DNA of 64,000 nucleotides from assembly GCF_964204645.1 (NCBI RefSeq), contig NC_134028.1, positions 14,515,653 to 14,579,652 on the forward strand, read 5' to 3'. A program made the translations under genes and the position numbers. Of the stretch, positions 35,610 to 49,116 are shown one piece after another. The notes beneath the pieces are model-generated. The model saw only the letters and a list, made by a program, of their open reading frames with translations, ran no database searches and had not been told where the DNA came from. The stretch is from Tubulanus polymorphus. Lineage: Eukaryota > Animalia > Nemertea. Within the stretch, counting starts at the first letter, position 1; each line of letters begins with the position of its first letter.

Positions 35610-36609
35610 GCTGTTGAATCCACTATCAATGCTGAGTGACAAGTGGGTTCGAGTCCTGCTGACTGCGAACAGTGTGCGGGCAACACTTCAAAGGCTGTAC
35701 CGTCGTGAGGTTAAATGAACAATCCAATAGGAATAGTCTTGGGAAACCAAGATCCAAACGACGTATGTAAAGCCAAACAAACAAAAAGACAAACAAACAA
35801 TCATCAGGCGGCCTCGGTGACACCAACGCCAGCATCGCTCTCTGCGACGTTTTGCATGCGTACATGCATCAGAGCTTGGAGCTCTAAGATCAGAGGGTCT
35901 TGCAATTGCATTCAGAAAAATCGTTCTGTTTTTGTTTTCAATATTCAGTGGGGTCTAGCAGTTCATGCGTAAAAATGGGTTTTTGTATCCAAATCTTGAT
36001 TGATATAAATATCTTGGCTGGGACATGATGGAAAACACCAGAATAAACTAGTTCCGTCTTTTTAACAGAATCGCATTAATGAGGTTTAACAGTACAAATA
36101 GCCGAGGCTAAATCGTTCGGCAGAAAATAAATTCATTTTCAGAAATAAAATCGTACTAGACAAATAGACCTTTAAGTCTGTGGTCCTCCCAATCAACATC
36201 GTCATAGAAGATTTGCCGGCAGATGTAAAACATTATAACCACTTAATACCACAGTATAATCTACCAATGCTTCAAGGCCCATGGGCCTCTTGTTCCTGGC
36301 TGCTGCCATCGTGGATTTTATGCGGATGGCAGCACCGGCTGATACTAATAGATATGCCTTTTACAAGAAGGGTTAAGCGATACCGTATCACATATTGTAC
36401 GGGTAGGCCTATGCTAGCTTGCCAATTTGTACCGTATGCCATACGGTAGTGGTATTGTATGGGTTAAATCTTATAACTCATATATAACTAGCTTTATGTA
36501 AATTCGAGTACCTTATGTTATTCTCTTGTAAATAAATGAATATCATTTATAATCAATTTCATTTGAGTTTTTTTCATTAATGAACTGACATTAGACGGTT
36601 TATAGAGTA

Positions 36610-36850
36610 AGTGTTTAGGGGGTTAGGGATTAGAAGGTAAGTGCTTAGAGGTTAGTGTTCATAAGGTTATAGTTTAAGGGATTTAAGTTTAGCCTTTAGG
36701 GATTTAGAGTTAGCCTATGGTTTATGGGGTAAGTGTTTATATTATTAGGATTTTTTGGGTTAGGGGCTAAGGGTTTAGAGGGTTAGGGATCAGATTTATA
36801 GGGTTAAGTGATTAGGGTTTATTTGGATTAAGTGTAAAGGGGATTAGGTT
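36610..36850 (+). repeat. Degenerate TTAGGG-like tract
   Basis: Many ttaggg/ttagag/taaggg variants, strongly G/T-skewed. Confidence 0.6.
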
Positions 36851-37485
36851 TAAACCAGAGGCCGCTGGCGGGGGACTTGGTATCCTCCTCCGTACATCCG
36901 TCTGTCCGTCCGCATCAGCTTGTGAACAGGATTCAAGAACAACATTTCATCGCAGGCCTGTTATATTACACAGTATGATTACCCCTAGAGAGAGGATGTG
37001 CCCTATTGATTTTGGAGTCAAAAGGTCAAGGTTACTACAGGTCATTCATGTGAAACCTTGTGAACGTGATTCAAGAAGAACCGTTGATCGCAGGACTATG
37101 ATATTACGCATTATGATTACCCATAGGGAGAGGATTTGCCCTATCGATTTGGGGTCCAAGGATCAAAGGTCAAGGTCACTACAGATCATTCATGTAAAAT
37201 CTTGTAAACGCGATTCAGGAAGAACCATTGATAACAGGACAAGGCTATTTTATAGTATGATTACCCCTGGGGAGAGGATGTGCGTTAGTGATTTTGGAGT
37301 TCTAGGGTCAAAGGTCCAGGTAAGTAGAGGTCTTTTGCCTAAAACCCTGTAAACTCAATTCTTAAATGACTATTGATAGCAGGACATGTTTCATGATATG
37401 GTTATCCCTGGATACACTCATCATTTTTCGATATTAAAGATCAGTTTCTTCAGGGGTCATTCCCTACTGGCTAAGGGGGGGGGAC
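36851..37485 (+). mobile_element. HINE-like element with ~140-bp internal tandem repeats
   Basis: (gtcc)n-like head; atgattaccc..gagaggat..ggtcaaagg units at 36975, 37113 and 37257. Confidence 0.6.
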
Positions 37486-37931
37486 GTAAGGAAGGAAATC
37501 TTCAGACCATAGACGGATTTCTGACCTTTTCTAACATTTTTAGGCCTGCCATGGGCTGAGCCTATTACTATGCAAATGGAGCGAATTTAAATGACATGGT
37601 TTCCAGAGCTAAGGCTCTTTGACTGAACAACTGAGTATATGTTCATACAAATCATTCATTCATGCATTATCCATTCTCCAACCCCTATGAAGCTGAATTT
37701 TGAAAAAGGGCCTCATTGAAATTTATATGAGCTTTTTTGCAAAAATCTGAACGCAAAAATATCTGTTTTAAATCAGAAAGCAAAGACTCCTCTATGATTG
37801 GCTTAGCCGCAGAGATCAGCAGGTATTCACGCGAACCCGCAGTATCGTCTACCATTTTACTTCCAGGTTTTATTCCAAGATCTAAAATTGTATTTTAAGA
37901 TCGATTTCTTTGAAATCTTTAGTTGACTTGA

Positions 37932-40156
37932 TTTTTTAGCCCACTTCGGACTTTAGTCCTAGCGGGCTATTGCGTTCACTTTTCGCCGTTGTCCGTCCGT
38001 CCGTAGACGGAATCCAGTTATTTTGGGAAGTTTTGAAGATGCTTCAATATAATGTCTTGATATTTGGGTTACATATCAAAGTAATGTCTTGATATTTGGG
38101 TTACACATGTATCTACCCTAGACACATCTTCGGCCCAAAAACTGGCTCTGTCAGAATCAAGATGGCCGACTGGCAGCCATTGTTGTTCTCCAAAATCAGC
38201 ACTTTTTTCAGCAACTCGTTTTTGAACTTTACCAGGTAGTTTTTGAAGATGCTGGATCAATTACCTTGATCTTTCGTATTTATATGAATCTCCCCAGGGC
38301 CCATCAGCATAACAAAAATTGGGTCGATCGGACTCAAGATGGCCGTCCTATGACCTTATTAGTGCCCAAAAATGTCAATTTTGGCCCGAATTCTGAGTCC
38401 TGTAGCTTCCTACTGGTTTGTCATTGCTGATGGGTATCCTTTGGAAAGGGATGTTTTATACCTGGGACAGGTATTTTTGATCGGCCAATTATGACGCAAT
38501 TGGCAGCCATCTTGGTGTCATCAGTACTCATTCGTAGGTGGGAAAAAGTTTTTAGGCCAGCCGTAGGCTAAGCCTATTACTATACACTATACAAATGGAG
38601 GGAATTTAAATGACATGGTTTCCAGAGCAAAGGCTCTTTGAATGTGCAACTGGGCATATATTCATACAGATCATTCATTTAAGCATTATCCATTCTCCAA
38701 ACTCTACATAGCTGAATTTTGAAAGAGAGCCTGGTAAAAATTTATATGAGCTTTTTCCGCGAATATCTGATCGCAAAAATATAGGTTTTGAAAAGCCAAT
38801 CAGAAAGCAAAGACTCCTTTATGATTAGCTTAGCCGCAGAAATCAGCAGGTGTTTACGTGAACCGGCGGTATCGTCTACCGTTTTACTTCCGGGTTTTAT
38901 TTTAAGATCTAAAATTGTATTTCAAGATCGATTTCTGTGAAAGCTTTTAGTTGATTTGGTTTTTGGGAGGAATATTTTTATTAGCACTACAGAAAATATC
39001 ATTGACCATTGTGCAAAGTCTAGGAAAAATTGCTGTTTCTCAAATCGAATAGATGACCTTGATGTGCTTAAACTACAAATTCAATCAAATTTTATTCTGC
39101 AAAAAATATCAAATCCAATTCAATTTTGCTTTATTGAGCAAATTCAATTCTATTCCGCATTAAAATCAATAAGACCAAGGGAAAAGATTTATCTGAGGTA
39201 TTTGTTCCTGCCAGATCCAGTCGCTGTCTGGGCTGCTTTTGTATTCTACGATTGTATTGTGTGAATTATTAGATAGGCCTATTGACTCTGTGCTGGGAGT
39301 TAGTCAGTAACCTGACTGTGGTTTAATTTCATGATCGGATATTTTCACGTTGGTTTTAAGCTCATCCGATCATAAAAAGCTTAAACTAACTAAGCTTGGA
39401 CTGTATTTTGACACGTTTAACCCATAGAATGCATCATGAAAAGCTGACTGGCTGGCCATAGTGCCCCTTGGGGCTCTTGTTCAACATTATATTGATACCT
39501 AAGCATATTTTGTTGCCACAATGAATTAGAAAAGTGTAGCCTGTGTTCTATGATTTTGATGAGTTTTAAGGTCATTGGTTTTTGTATATGGCCACCAGGG
39601 GGCATTGAATAATACAATATCTTAGTCGTTCTATTTTGAATTTGTACCAATGCATAATTTGTTACCACAATCAATTGCAAAGTTGTAGCTCATGACATCG
39701 TCTATGATTGTGGTGAGTTTTAAGGACATTTGTTATTCTATATGGTCACCAGGGGGCGCTGAATAGTAAAATAACTTAGTATTTCCTTATTATATTGGTA
39801 CCTAGGCATATCTATTAGTTACCATGATCAATCGCAAAGTTTTAGTTCATGACATGTTCTATGATTGTGGTAAGATTCAAGGTGATTGGGTTTCATATGT
39901 GATATAATATGGTCACCAGGGGCGCTGAATAGAAGAATAACTTTGTATTCTCATATTAAATTGGTAACGAGGCATATTTTGTTATCACAATCAATTACAA
40001 AATGGTAGCTGCTGACATATTCTATGATTGTGGTGAGTTTCAAGGTCATTGGTTTTAGTATATGGTCACCAGGGGGTGTTGAATATTGAAATTGTTAGAT
40101 TATTGAGCATTTGAAACCACTTCCCAAGTGGGCATGATGTCCCTGGACCCCTAGTT
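37932..40156 (+). mobile_element. HINE family A copy, interrupted at 38550-39481
   Basis: Collinear with 27275-28544 once the insert is removed. Confidence 0.8.
38550..39481 (+). mobile_element. HINE family B (inner, intact copy)
   Basis: subTIR ggccagcc/ggctggcc, 3' hairpin gccccttggggc plus tcttgt, inserted in a T-run. Confidence 0.8.
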
Positions 40157-42377
40157 TGGGGAATATTTTTATTTGCACTACAGAAAATATCATTGACATT
40201 TATGCAAAGTCTGGGGAAATAGCTTTTTCTCAAAAGGGATGGATGACCTTGATATGCTAATTATCAATGTGCTCAAACTGCAAATTCAATCAAATTTTTT
40301 TCTGAAAAAAATATCAAATTCAATTCTATTTTACTTTGTTGCACATATTAAACGTCAAATCCAATTCAATTTTGTTTTATCGAGCAAATTTCAGAAAATT
40401 CAATTATTCCGCATTAAAATCGATAAGACCAAGGGAATAGATTTATCTGAGGTATTTGTTCCTGCAAGCTCCAGTCGCTGTCTGTGCTACTTATAAAAAC
40501 ACGATTGAATTGTGTAAATTATAGGCATTGAGCTTGGAGTGAATTTTGACAAATATAACCAACAGAATGCATAATTTGCCATATTTATGAAAAGCTGACA
40601 GGCTGGCCATAGTGCCCCTTGGGGCTCTTGTCTTTATTCCTGAGATCAGTGGAAATCGCCTCCAATCGTGCCTGCCACAGCGCTCCATACTGAGGAGTGC
40701 TCCATAAGACAATTTTCGGAGGTAATTAGCACTACTGTGGACTCAGAGAAACCCATATGGCGTCTCATTCAAAAAGCGACTCTAATTCAGGCCCAAACTA
40801 TTAACATTTTGACCAAAAGAAAGTAAGTTTTTTGGCTAAAAGTTGCTGATTTTTATTTCCCATAAAAAAATTATATTTTTTAGAAATATTTTCTTACTTT
40901 TTCAATATGGGCGGTTTTCATCCCTGGGACATAGATACATAGTATCAAATTGCCTTGTTGCTATCTGTATTCATCAATACCTTCATAACCAGATTAACCC
41001 TCTCCTCAGTCCATATCAGAGCCATTCACACCGTTGGAGTTCAATTGAATATCACCTTTACGCTTCACTGACTGTTATCTCCAATTCGGTGCCATTTTGC
41101 CTTTTGTTTTACCAAAAACTTGTCAAAAGTTCATAAAACTTTTAAATTCTCTAACAAAATCTGCCGGAGCACCACCTGCTAGATGTTCATTACCGCCAGG
41201 AAGCATTCAAAATGGGGTGCGTATATTCTGCATATGTTTTACTGGCTTTCCGGAAGGGAGTGCGTACTGAAAGGGCTAAACGTGCTTCACATCAACATAG
41301 TTATTACTATTCACTTTTCAAGTTCAGAGTCACTTAAGAGAGCTTAAACCCATCATGGAAAGTTTCTTTTTGGTTTCTGAATGTGATCTTAGGCTATATT
41401 CACAGCTCGCATAGGCTTTACCATCTTCATCCGTCGAGGGATTCGAAATCACTAAGCTTAAGCTGTTCCCCAAACCCCTTGACCTCCCAAGTTGTTGGAG
41501 TCGTTACTAGCCAACCCAAATCTGGTTGTACCAGTCTCAGCACATGTAACAAATGGCAGTAAGCATCTGTTTAATTTCCTGTTAAATAGACCGATCAGCG
41601 AACAAAAATGTATTTTGCAAGTTGATTAATGATGTCATGTGCAGAAACGACAGAAATGAAATCACGCCTTGTGAGGCCAGGGGGCTTGTGGAAGCGATTT
41701 AGGGCAGCAATATCAAACCACTGGCAAGCAAGGATGAGGCTTTACAAGTTGAAAAATAATAAGTTTGATAGCAATATATATTTTAAGCAGGGTGATATTT
41801 GTTCTTATAGAATGCTTCTGTTAGCTCTTGGTGACACAAATTGAAACCAGTGGATATACACAACTGATATTTTGTCATTAGGAGGGAATTAGGTATTGGA
41901 ATTGATATGGCAAGTTTCGTCCATCAGCTCTAAGCTGTTTGGAAGTGCTGGGAGAAAATGTGCAAAACTTCACCGAATTTTTCCCCATTCTACTAATCGA
42001 TGCTTGACCTTGTTTCCTGATATCACAGGGCATCACTCGGAAATCGCCCTAGACGGGTCTCCCAGTGACATCATTATCAAGATCATTATCATTTTCAACC
42101 ATGTACTTGTGACTCATAGGGAAACCCATTACCATGTATATCATCAAAGTTGAACGTGCTACAATGATTTCATCTTAATCAGCTGTTTATACATCATTGC
42201 AAATCCAGGAACTCATTGATTTTTTGCTCAAAACTAAAATGTACTCAGTTGATTTTACTGGACCTATGGTCTTCTATTTGTAAGATTCTGTGGTAGGGTC
42301 CAAATGTGAGTAGGATAAATGAACGAACCATAATTTCAAAAAATTGTATTCTTGTTTTCAGTAAGCATTAGCCAAAT

Positions 42378-42756
42378 ATGGCGGCTAAAGAAGAAACAAA
42401 CAGAGCGCCATTATTACAGGCAGATCTTTACTTATTTCCGAAGAGTAAATCTCTCTATGATGTGAGATTGTATGAAAAAGGGTTACATTACAAGTTAAAA
42501 ACTGATACAACTGGCTTTGGCGAAGTCATTGATATAGGAGATGTTGTTGGATGTCATGTGATGAAAGGACGCACTGTAGATGATTATATGGCTTATTTTG
42601 GCATATATAGCTACCCATACCGTAGGAAATTACTCGGTCAAAGTGTGCGGAAGAGGCAAACTGTAACATTCTGTGTTTCGACTCACGGTACGTTCAACAA
42701 AAACAAAGAAATAGCAGATAACTGGCGGACAAAGATTCTTGGTCAAATCCATACAG
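42378..42756 (+). CDS. SPHK: Sphingosine kinase, first coding exon (SPHK2-like N-terminal PH-like region)
   Basis: Acceptor ttttcag at 42361. Encodes DVVGCHV..AYFGIYSYP..RKRQTVTF..ADNWRTKI. Donor ag|gtattt, phase 1, matching the next exon. Confidence 0.8.
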
Positions 42757-44046
42757 GTATTTATTTGGTTCATTTTGAACACATTGCTCAATCCAGACTT
42801 TGATATGTTTTCAGACCTGTCAACCACTCTGTTTTTCCCGGAATGGTTACGTAAATTAAAATGAAATTACGTGTTACGTTATTCAAGAAATGTTGCGTAT
42901 TTCATTTAAATTCAAAATCCGGGACATTTTTTTCCATAACGTTTAATTGAATATCATTTATTGAACAAAAAAGTCCTCATATTGTTCATTTAGGCCTACT
43001 TGATTTTGCGTAAATCACGTCACAATAGATAATAAACGATCTTTGGTGGAACACTGACTGCTTTGTGACCCGCTATTGTGAAGTTCCATCAGCTATCGCC
43101 ATCTATGTAGAATCGAAAATGACATCTGGTGTGGATAATTCTGACATGTCTGATGCTGAGTTCTCTTCAGATCCATCATCTCAATCTGAGCCTAGTGACA
43201 CACACGATTCTCAACTTGAAGAAGGTCCCGCCAAAAAAACATTTGATTTTGATAGATGAAATTTTTATTTTTCTGTTTAGTAAAAGGGTAACTGACACTT
43301 TTTAGCTCGCTTAGGACTTTAGTCCCAGCGGGCTATTGCGTTCACTTTTCAGCCGTCATCCGTTCGTCCGTCCGTGCGTAGACGGAATGCTGTTATTTTG
43401 GGAAGTTTTGAAGACGCTTCAATGTAATGTCTTCAGCCAAAAAAATGGCCTTGTCAGAATCATGATGGCGACTGGCAGTCATTGTTGTTCGCCAAAATCA
43501 GCACTTTTTAGCCTACTTGGGACATTAGTCCCAATGGGCTATTTGCGTTCAGTTTCGTCCGTCGTCCGTCCGTTCCATCGTCCGTCCGTAGACGTAATCC
43601 TGTTACTTTGGGAAGTTTTGAAGATGCTTCAATATAATGTCTTGATATTTGGGTTACATATGTATCTACCCTAGACACATCTTCTGCTCAAAAACTGGCC
43701 TTTTCAGAATCAAGATGGCTGACTGGCAGCGATTGTTGTTCGCCAAAATCAGCACTTTTTAAACATTTTTGAAGTTTTTGAGGGAAATTTTGAAGACGCT
43801 TAAATCAATTTCCTTGATCTTTTGTGCATATTTGAATCCCCCAAGAGCCCATCAGCATAAGAGAAATTGGGTCAAGTGGACTCAAGATGGCCGTTTTATG
43901 ACCTTTTTAGTGCCCAAAAATGTCAATTTTGGCCGGAATTCTCCTACGGGTTTGCCATTTCTCATTGCAATTTGTGATGGGTATTCTTTGGAAAGGGATG
44001 TTTTATACTTAAGACATGTATTCTTGATCAGCCAATTATGACGCAA

Positions 44047-47000
44047 TACTTCTATTCAGATGATTTCAATGTTTGCCGCCACCGCTATGAGCGCAAGTGT
44101 ATGGTCACCTAGGCCAAAGGCGAAATGAGAAGAAAACCGTTCGAAATCGACAGTTTGAGTAAAATTTAACGAAATTAAGGAACTATAAACCATAAAGAGC
44201 CACCGGGCACTGAAGATTGAAGTATTTTATAATTTTTCAGTACATGAATGTACTGTTGTTTGCCTTTGATTCCTAAAAAATTACTTTAAATAAGATAAAT
44301 CAGCAATGCAATTACAATCGCTGTTACAGGCCCATAGATGGCACCACTATACGGTCATTATTATCAGATATTTTTGGAAACTACCTACCATTATAATCTT
44401 GAAGATATAAAGGAGTTATCCATATAAGTAAGAACGACATATATTTTTAGATAATTTTCCATTTTTTCCAATTTACCTTATTTTCTCAAATTATCGCAAA
44501 ATAAAAACTACTATTATACCAATGATACCATATTCGACGACACAAGTGCACGGAGTAAGAATAACGTTACTAATACTTTGATTTGGAAGCGAATGCGGGC
44601 TAGGAACGACAACGGGGCCGATTTTTTTAAGATGCTGATATGCATGATTGCGCTTCTAGTTTCAAGATTCAAATCAAAAATAAATGCAGATTTATGCTTG
44701 AAAATAGCTGCATTTGTTCGAATTGAATTCTTCATGAGATTAATATCTCGCATAAAAAGAAGGAAATTTCGATTTATCTTAAAACTACATAGCCAATGAT
44801 AATGTGTAAACTAATTTAACTTGGATCTCGATCGTTATCGGATATAGTTGAGAATCAATCATTAGATTTCATACGCTTAAAGAGTATCTATGTCTTATGT
44901 CTAACTTTTCTTGATTAATTTCTAATTCATTTTTCAAATCTAGTGTACCGGTAATAAGAATATCATGTACAATATTATTAAATTCATATATTTGCTTAGT
45001 CATCTGCATATTTCCTGGTGGTTGATTGAATTTATTCAAACTCTGTATAATTTTGAGCGTGATAAAAAAAGCTGATGCTCATTTTTATATGCCTAGGTGT
45101 ATGTAATTTATTCCACAATAATAATTCATAGATGTTCTGTCTCAATCGTAACTTTTATAACTTTCTGATCGATGTAATGTATGAATTCGCGCAATATTAT
45201 CAATATATTTATATCACTTTGAACTTTTTTTTGTTTTCAAGTTATCAATTCTTTCTACATTATTATAGATTAAGCTGTATGGATATAGATTACATCCATA
45301 CAAGCTTTGTAGGAAAAATATTTGTATAATAAATATGTATTTGCATTATATTTGAGGTAGAATCAAAATATTAATATTTCATTGCAAGAACTTGGTTTCA
45401 ATTATTGGAGAAATATAACATGATTTTTCCGTTCAGAAAAACAGTCACTAGGGTTGATAATCCTGATACGAATTGTCAATTGTGATTGCACCTTTATGTA
45501 TGATAATGCTACACAAATGAAACGAAATTTGAAAAAAAAACTTACCAGAATAGTTAGTAAATTATTACTAATTTTTGCTGTGCCATTTCAAATGCTGTCT
45601 TCGTAGCAGTACAAGTAAATGATGCCATTGACCATCCGGCTCTTTTTATACAGGTAGTCCCGAGAAACATAGATAATTCCTCGGTGATAGTTTATTTCAC
45701 GATAATCCATCTCTAAAATTATGTACTCCTCAGCATGTGCGTCTTCACTTTCAAAATATGTTTAATACGCTTTATGAATATGTAACTGTATATATCAGAG
45801 ATGCTAGTTTTCCGGAAATATCCGGAATTCCGGAAATTTAGGATCGCCGATGTCAATTCCGGAAATTGGGTGAGAATTCCTCACGGCGACCAGTAATGGC
45901 ACGGACCGTAAAAGCGTTCGTTTGCTTGTACTCGTCGTCGCTTCTGTGTTATTTTATCTTGGTCTCTGTTTCCGAGGACGTTCTGCTACAATGTATATAT
46001 GTGTGCTTGTTGTGGTATCTGTGCGTGCGTAGGCGGAGCGCCACTGTTGTGACGCCATTTCCAATTAAAAGTCAATTATCTTTACGCGCCGTTGTACATC
46101 GTCCCGCTGATGGCCAACGATGTGAAGATGCACGTGGTACTAATTAAGATGATATCTAATAAATATCATCTTAATTATTACCACGTGCGTGCTATGTCCT
46201 GAGGCACGCAGCTTTGAAACTTTCTTTTTGCCTGCAGCTGTCAAGCGGGACGGTCTGCAAAATGAGCCCGCACGGAAAGATTGTCAGTCGGGAGTCGGCC
46301 GATATAAAGGCAATTGACAGCGGTATAAAAAATAAATTTAACTGGCACTGACTAGAGTGTAAGGACAGAAACGGGGACTACTTATCGAACTACATTCGTA
46401 AGTTAGACTTAGCTGGCGTGGAATACTGCGTCGTTTGTAAAGACCAGGTCAAATACGGAAGTGGCGGGAAAAAAAGATATTCTTCGTCACCCGGATAGCG
46501 CGCGGCATAAGCAGCGAGGGATGTGAAGCACAACGAATGCCTGCCGTCGTATTTTCAGATACCCAGATCGCTCTAGAACGCATTTCCGGCGATGCAAAAA
46601 CGCAAAAAGACCCCTGTTCTAAATTCCGGAATTTTGGTACTTTGGCCCTAGCATCTCTGATATATAGAGGGATATAGTCGTTCAAGTGTATAGGCAGAGA
46701 AATTATCAATTAGGGATCCCGAGACAAAAGGGGAATAAATAATTATGTTGTTTGTGTTCTTAATACCCGTTAGAATTGTGGACCGAAAATTTCAAGAGGT
46801 ATTGGTATAGTAGAATTTCTAAATTCTTCAATTAGCAAGTTACAGATATTAAACCTATGGTAGTGTGACCTCTATAGAAAATGTTACACATTCAAAAATT
46901 ATTTTTTTAATTTATGCTAATTTATGCTAATTAGGTGGATTTTTATGCGCAATTAGAGGGGTTTACGAAAAACACTCTAAAATATAAACCAATTGATATA

Positions 47001-49116
47001 TTGATATAATTCTTTCAGCATTTGGTTCATAACTAACATGGCTAGTGCTTGTGCCTCTATCTAGTGATTACACAAGTTATATTTTTCAAAACATTATTTC
47101 AAAGTTGAAACTACACAATTTTTCAGAAATTTTCTACCTAATTATATATTCATAGAGGTACCTAGCCTACCATAACGTAGATATTAACTTTTCCAAGGCA
47201 CATGCACTAGCTTTATGTATAAATAACAAGTATTTCAAATTTCAAGGCTCTACCTCAAATACTTTTTTCAAAATCATGTTTTCGGTAATGTTCGTCAGCC
47301 GTAAATGATGATTGCGAGAAAACACCAATCTTTGGAAATTTCTCAAGGAATTTGACTTAATTTATCTAAAAAGGAACACTTTAGTAGGTTTACACCTATC
47401 AAATTGTTCATTTGAATGCTGGTTACCCTGCAGGTAGCTCCTGTGCCACCATATTGTGCAGAAGTTGCCAAAATTTTCATCCTGATGCTGAATTTATTGC
47501 CTTCACCCTTGGTGGCTGGCTATTTTTAGCAGAGGGGTGGGCTGATTGGATTACCCGTAAACTTTTTTTCTTTTTCTTTGAATGTTTCTAACTTTTCTCA
47601 TTGATAGATAACAGTTTAAAGTTAATCATTTTACCACTCAAAAGCCCAATGAAGCAGGTATTCACGAGACTAAAGCGAAATATGCTATGAAATTCTGTGA
47701 AGTCAAAATTCTGGAAAATTTCATGATTTTCATTTCTTTCAAAAAATGACTCCCAACGACCTTCAGATCAATGTTTTGGGTTATAAAGTCTATTGCGAAT
47801 CTATTGTAGATGGCAGCACCTCACGGGTATAAATAGTATCGGTTTAACACCTCTAAAAGTAACTTAGAACACGTTGCCAAGGGCCGTTGCTAAGGGCTTT
47901 GAGATTGGAGGGGTCTTGTTTGACCCCCAAAAACATACCTTTGCCGTTATCTGACCACTCCAAAAATTTCGGAGGTCATTCTACCCATCTATAGTGTTCA
48001 ATAACAGTACTTTTTAAAAAACTGAGAAATTTAAGATTTTTCCCTGAAATTCTAGTATACCAATACCTTTTTAAGATACCTGTTAATTTGTCTTGATTTG
48101 AAATCTAGACGACTATAGAATTACAGACTTTCAATTAAGGGTAATTAGAGGTGGAGTGACATGTGTTGGGTTCAACTGCCACTAAATCTATGATATATAT
48201 TCACATTTACTGAAAACACGACAAGTACTCTTTAGTTGCAAAAAAAAAACAAGAAATTGATTTCACATAAGAGGAATCATTGTCAAATAGGTCAAAGTGA
48301 ATTAAGATTCTATTATTTCTTCTGTTGTGCTATTTCCACTTTCCAGGCAGTGATGCTGAAACCATACAACATGAAACAGCACATCATAGAAAATAACCAA
48401 CATGAATTTGATAGAATAATCACATTTGGAAATAGACAAACATGGAAATTGACCAACATGGAAAATAATAGATTTCTATCAATTTCCATGATGGTCTATT
48501 TCCGAATGGGACTATTCTATCAAATTCCAGTACTGGATTTTTCTATCTTATTCCAAGGTGTTCACTGATGTTAATTTCCATGTCTTGCATTTTCCAGAAG
48601 TGAAAATTCTATTTAAATCCAGTACTGGATTTTTAGGACGATTTCATGTCGGACAATTTCTGTGTTGTACATTCATGTTGTACTTTGTCTATGATTGGTT
48701 TATTCCATGTACTAATTCAGCATCCCCACAAAAAAATGATACCAATAAAGCGAGAAAATACCAGAATTATGACCGTAAAACTGTAGACGTGGAGATTCTA
48801 TCACAAAGCTGCGGCAAGCGAGTATACGTGTTGCGTAGATTCTCATGTAATGGATTAGACTTCTCTGATAAAATCGTCGAAAAGAGCTACAAAACCATTT
48901 CAAAATATAGTTTTGATCATCTCAAAAAAAATAAAACACTCGGAACCTTCTACAAATTGGAGTTTGCAAGAGTAGGGGATCTCTGTTTAAATGTAGTTCT
49001 AGGATGAATACGAAAGTCACCGACATTTCAATGCATTTCACCTTTGAGGTAGGTGACCCAACACAGTAGCGTCGCTTACGGCGGTGGCTAACATTGAAAT
49101 CATCTGAATAGAAGTA
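44047..49116. mobile_element. 5-kb non-autonomous TIR DNA transposon
   Basis: TIR tacttctattcagatgatttcaatgtt (27 bp perfect, extending imperfectly). Splits the host sequence gcaattgg, either blunt or with a 2-bp AT duplication. Confidence 0.8.
45796..46659 (+). mobile_element. Deleted hAT-like element retaining a transposase N-terminal Zn-finger relic
   Basis: TIR cagagatgctag/ctagcatctctg with imperfect 8-bp flanks. From 46262: MSPHGK..KNKFNWH*LE..LSNYIRKLD..YCVVCKDQVKYGSGGKK..RH. Confidence 0.7.

Larger units (their letters stand above)
28558..35800 (+). mobile_element. tRNA-derived SINE (28558-28597 plus 35610-35800) split by the BEL element
   Basis: A box tagctcagtgag, B box ggttcgagtcc, (aaac)n tail. 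An uninterrupted head occurs at ~57742. Confidence 0.75.
37537..40631 (+). mobile_element. HINE family B (outer copy), interrupted at 37932-40156
   Basis: tttttaggcctgcc head and ggctggcc..gccccttggggc tcttgt end. The halves match the intact copy at 38550-39481. Confidence 0.75.

Noticed and set aside
28558-35670. Functional tRNA gene (also 57742-57835)
   Set aside because: A and B boxes are present, but the acceptor and anticodon stems pair poorly and a SINE-like body and tail follow.
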